Shown: positions 1 through 10,106 of the stretch, piece after piece | Layout: each line of letters begins with the position of its first letter | How positions within the stretch are numbered: the first letter of the stretch is position 1 | Assembly: GCA_040752415.1 (NCBI GenBank) | Contig: JBFMGU010000338.1 | Span: forward strand, 1-10,106 | Direction of reading: 5' to 3' | DNA: 10,106 bases | Source of the DNA: Myxococcota bacterium | GTDB lineage: Bacteria > Myxococcota > JACRCW01 | Notes under the pieces: generated by a model | Told to the model about the DNA's origin: nothing | Seen by the model: only the letters and a program-made list of their open reading frames with translations | The model's database searches: none | Made by a program: the position numbers and the translations under genes

Positions 1-136
1 CCGGTCACCGCCTCCCCGGTCGGAATGCCGGCCTTCGGCGTTGACCGATCCAGGGCGGCGCTTGCCGGCGGGCGCGGCTTCACGCGTGGGCGCCGCACTC
101 CAGGGCGCCGTTCAGTCCGTTGGTCCAGTTCGTGAC

Positions 137-183
137 CCGGCGACGGAACACCCAGCCGGAAACGCCGGGCGTTCCGTCGTCGG
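137..183 (-). terminator. Stem-loop 8 nt downstream of the stop; putative U-tract-less terminator or 3' stabilising hairpin
   Basis: 137-156 (ccggcgacggaacacccagc) pairs with 164-183 (gccgggcgttccgtcgtcgg). As minus-strand RNA: 20-bp stem with 17 Watson-Crick pairs, 2 G-U and 1 mismatch, 7-nt loop. No poly-U on either side. Confidence 0.55.
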
Positions 184-191
184 AGACGGGC

Positions 192-10106
<9,915 letters not shown>

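Noticed and set aside
49..110. Direct repeat tccagggcg(g/c)cg at 49-60 and 99-110
   Set aside because: Only two short GC-rich copies; compatible with chance and not interpretable without flanking sequence.

Overview
Almost the whole window (192 to >10106, minus strand) is one GC-rich reading frame encoding the C-terminal >=3304 aa of a giant, acidic, cysteine-rich cell-surface protein (about 397 Cys by my count, ~12%) of myxobacterial type. The ORF track starts it at an internal GTG (7622), but the frame and 201-bp phase continue to the window edge, so the true start lies outside. Architecture N to C: (i) a 201-bp/67-aa tandem array (30 complete units, one edge-truncated unit, one terminal half-unit), each a Myxococcus cysteine-rich (myxo_disulf_rpt/DUF4215-like) motif plus a second 4-Cys module; (ii) three 138-aa cassettes of an 8-Cys linker plus a bacterial Ig-like domain; (iii) thirty 4-Cys micro-repeats of 21-30 aa with a hidden 9-unit super-period; (iv) a DxNxDG acidic loop; (v) a MYXO-CTERM-like sorting tail. 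A ~20-bp-stem hairpin follows the stop. The other listed ORFs appear to be antisense or frame shadows. Family assignments come from motif recognition by eye, not database searches.
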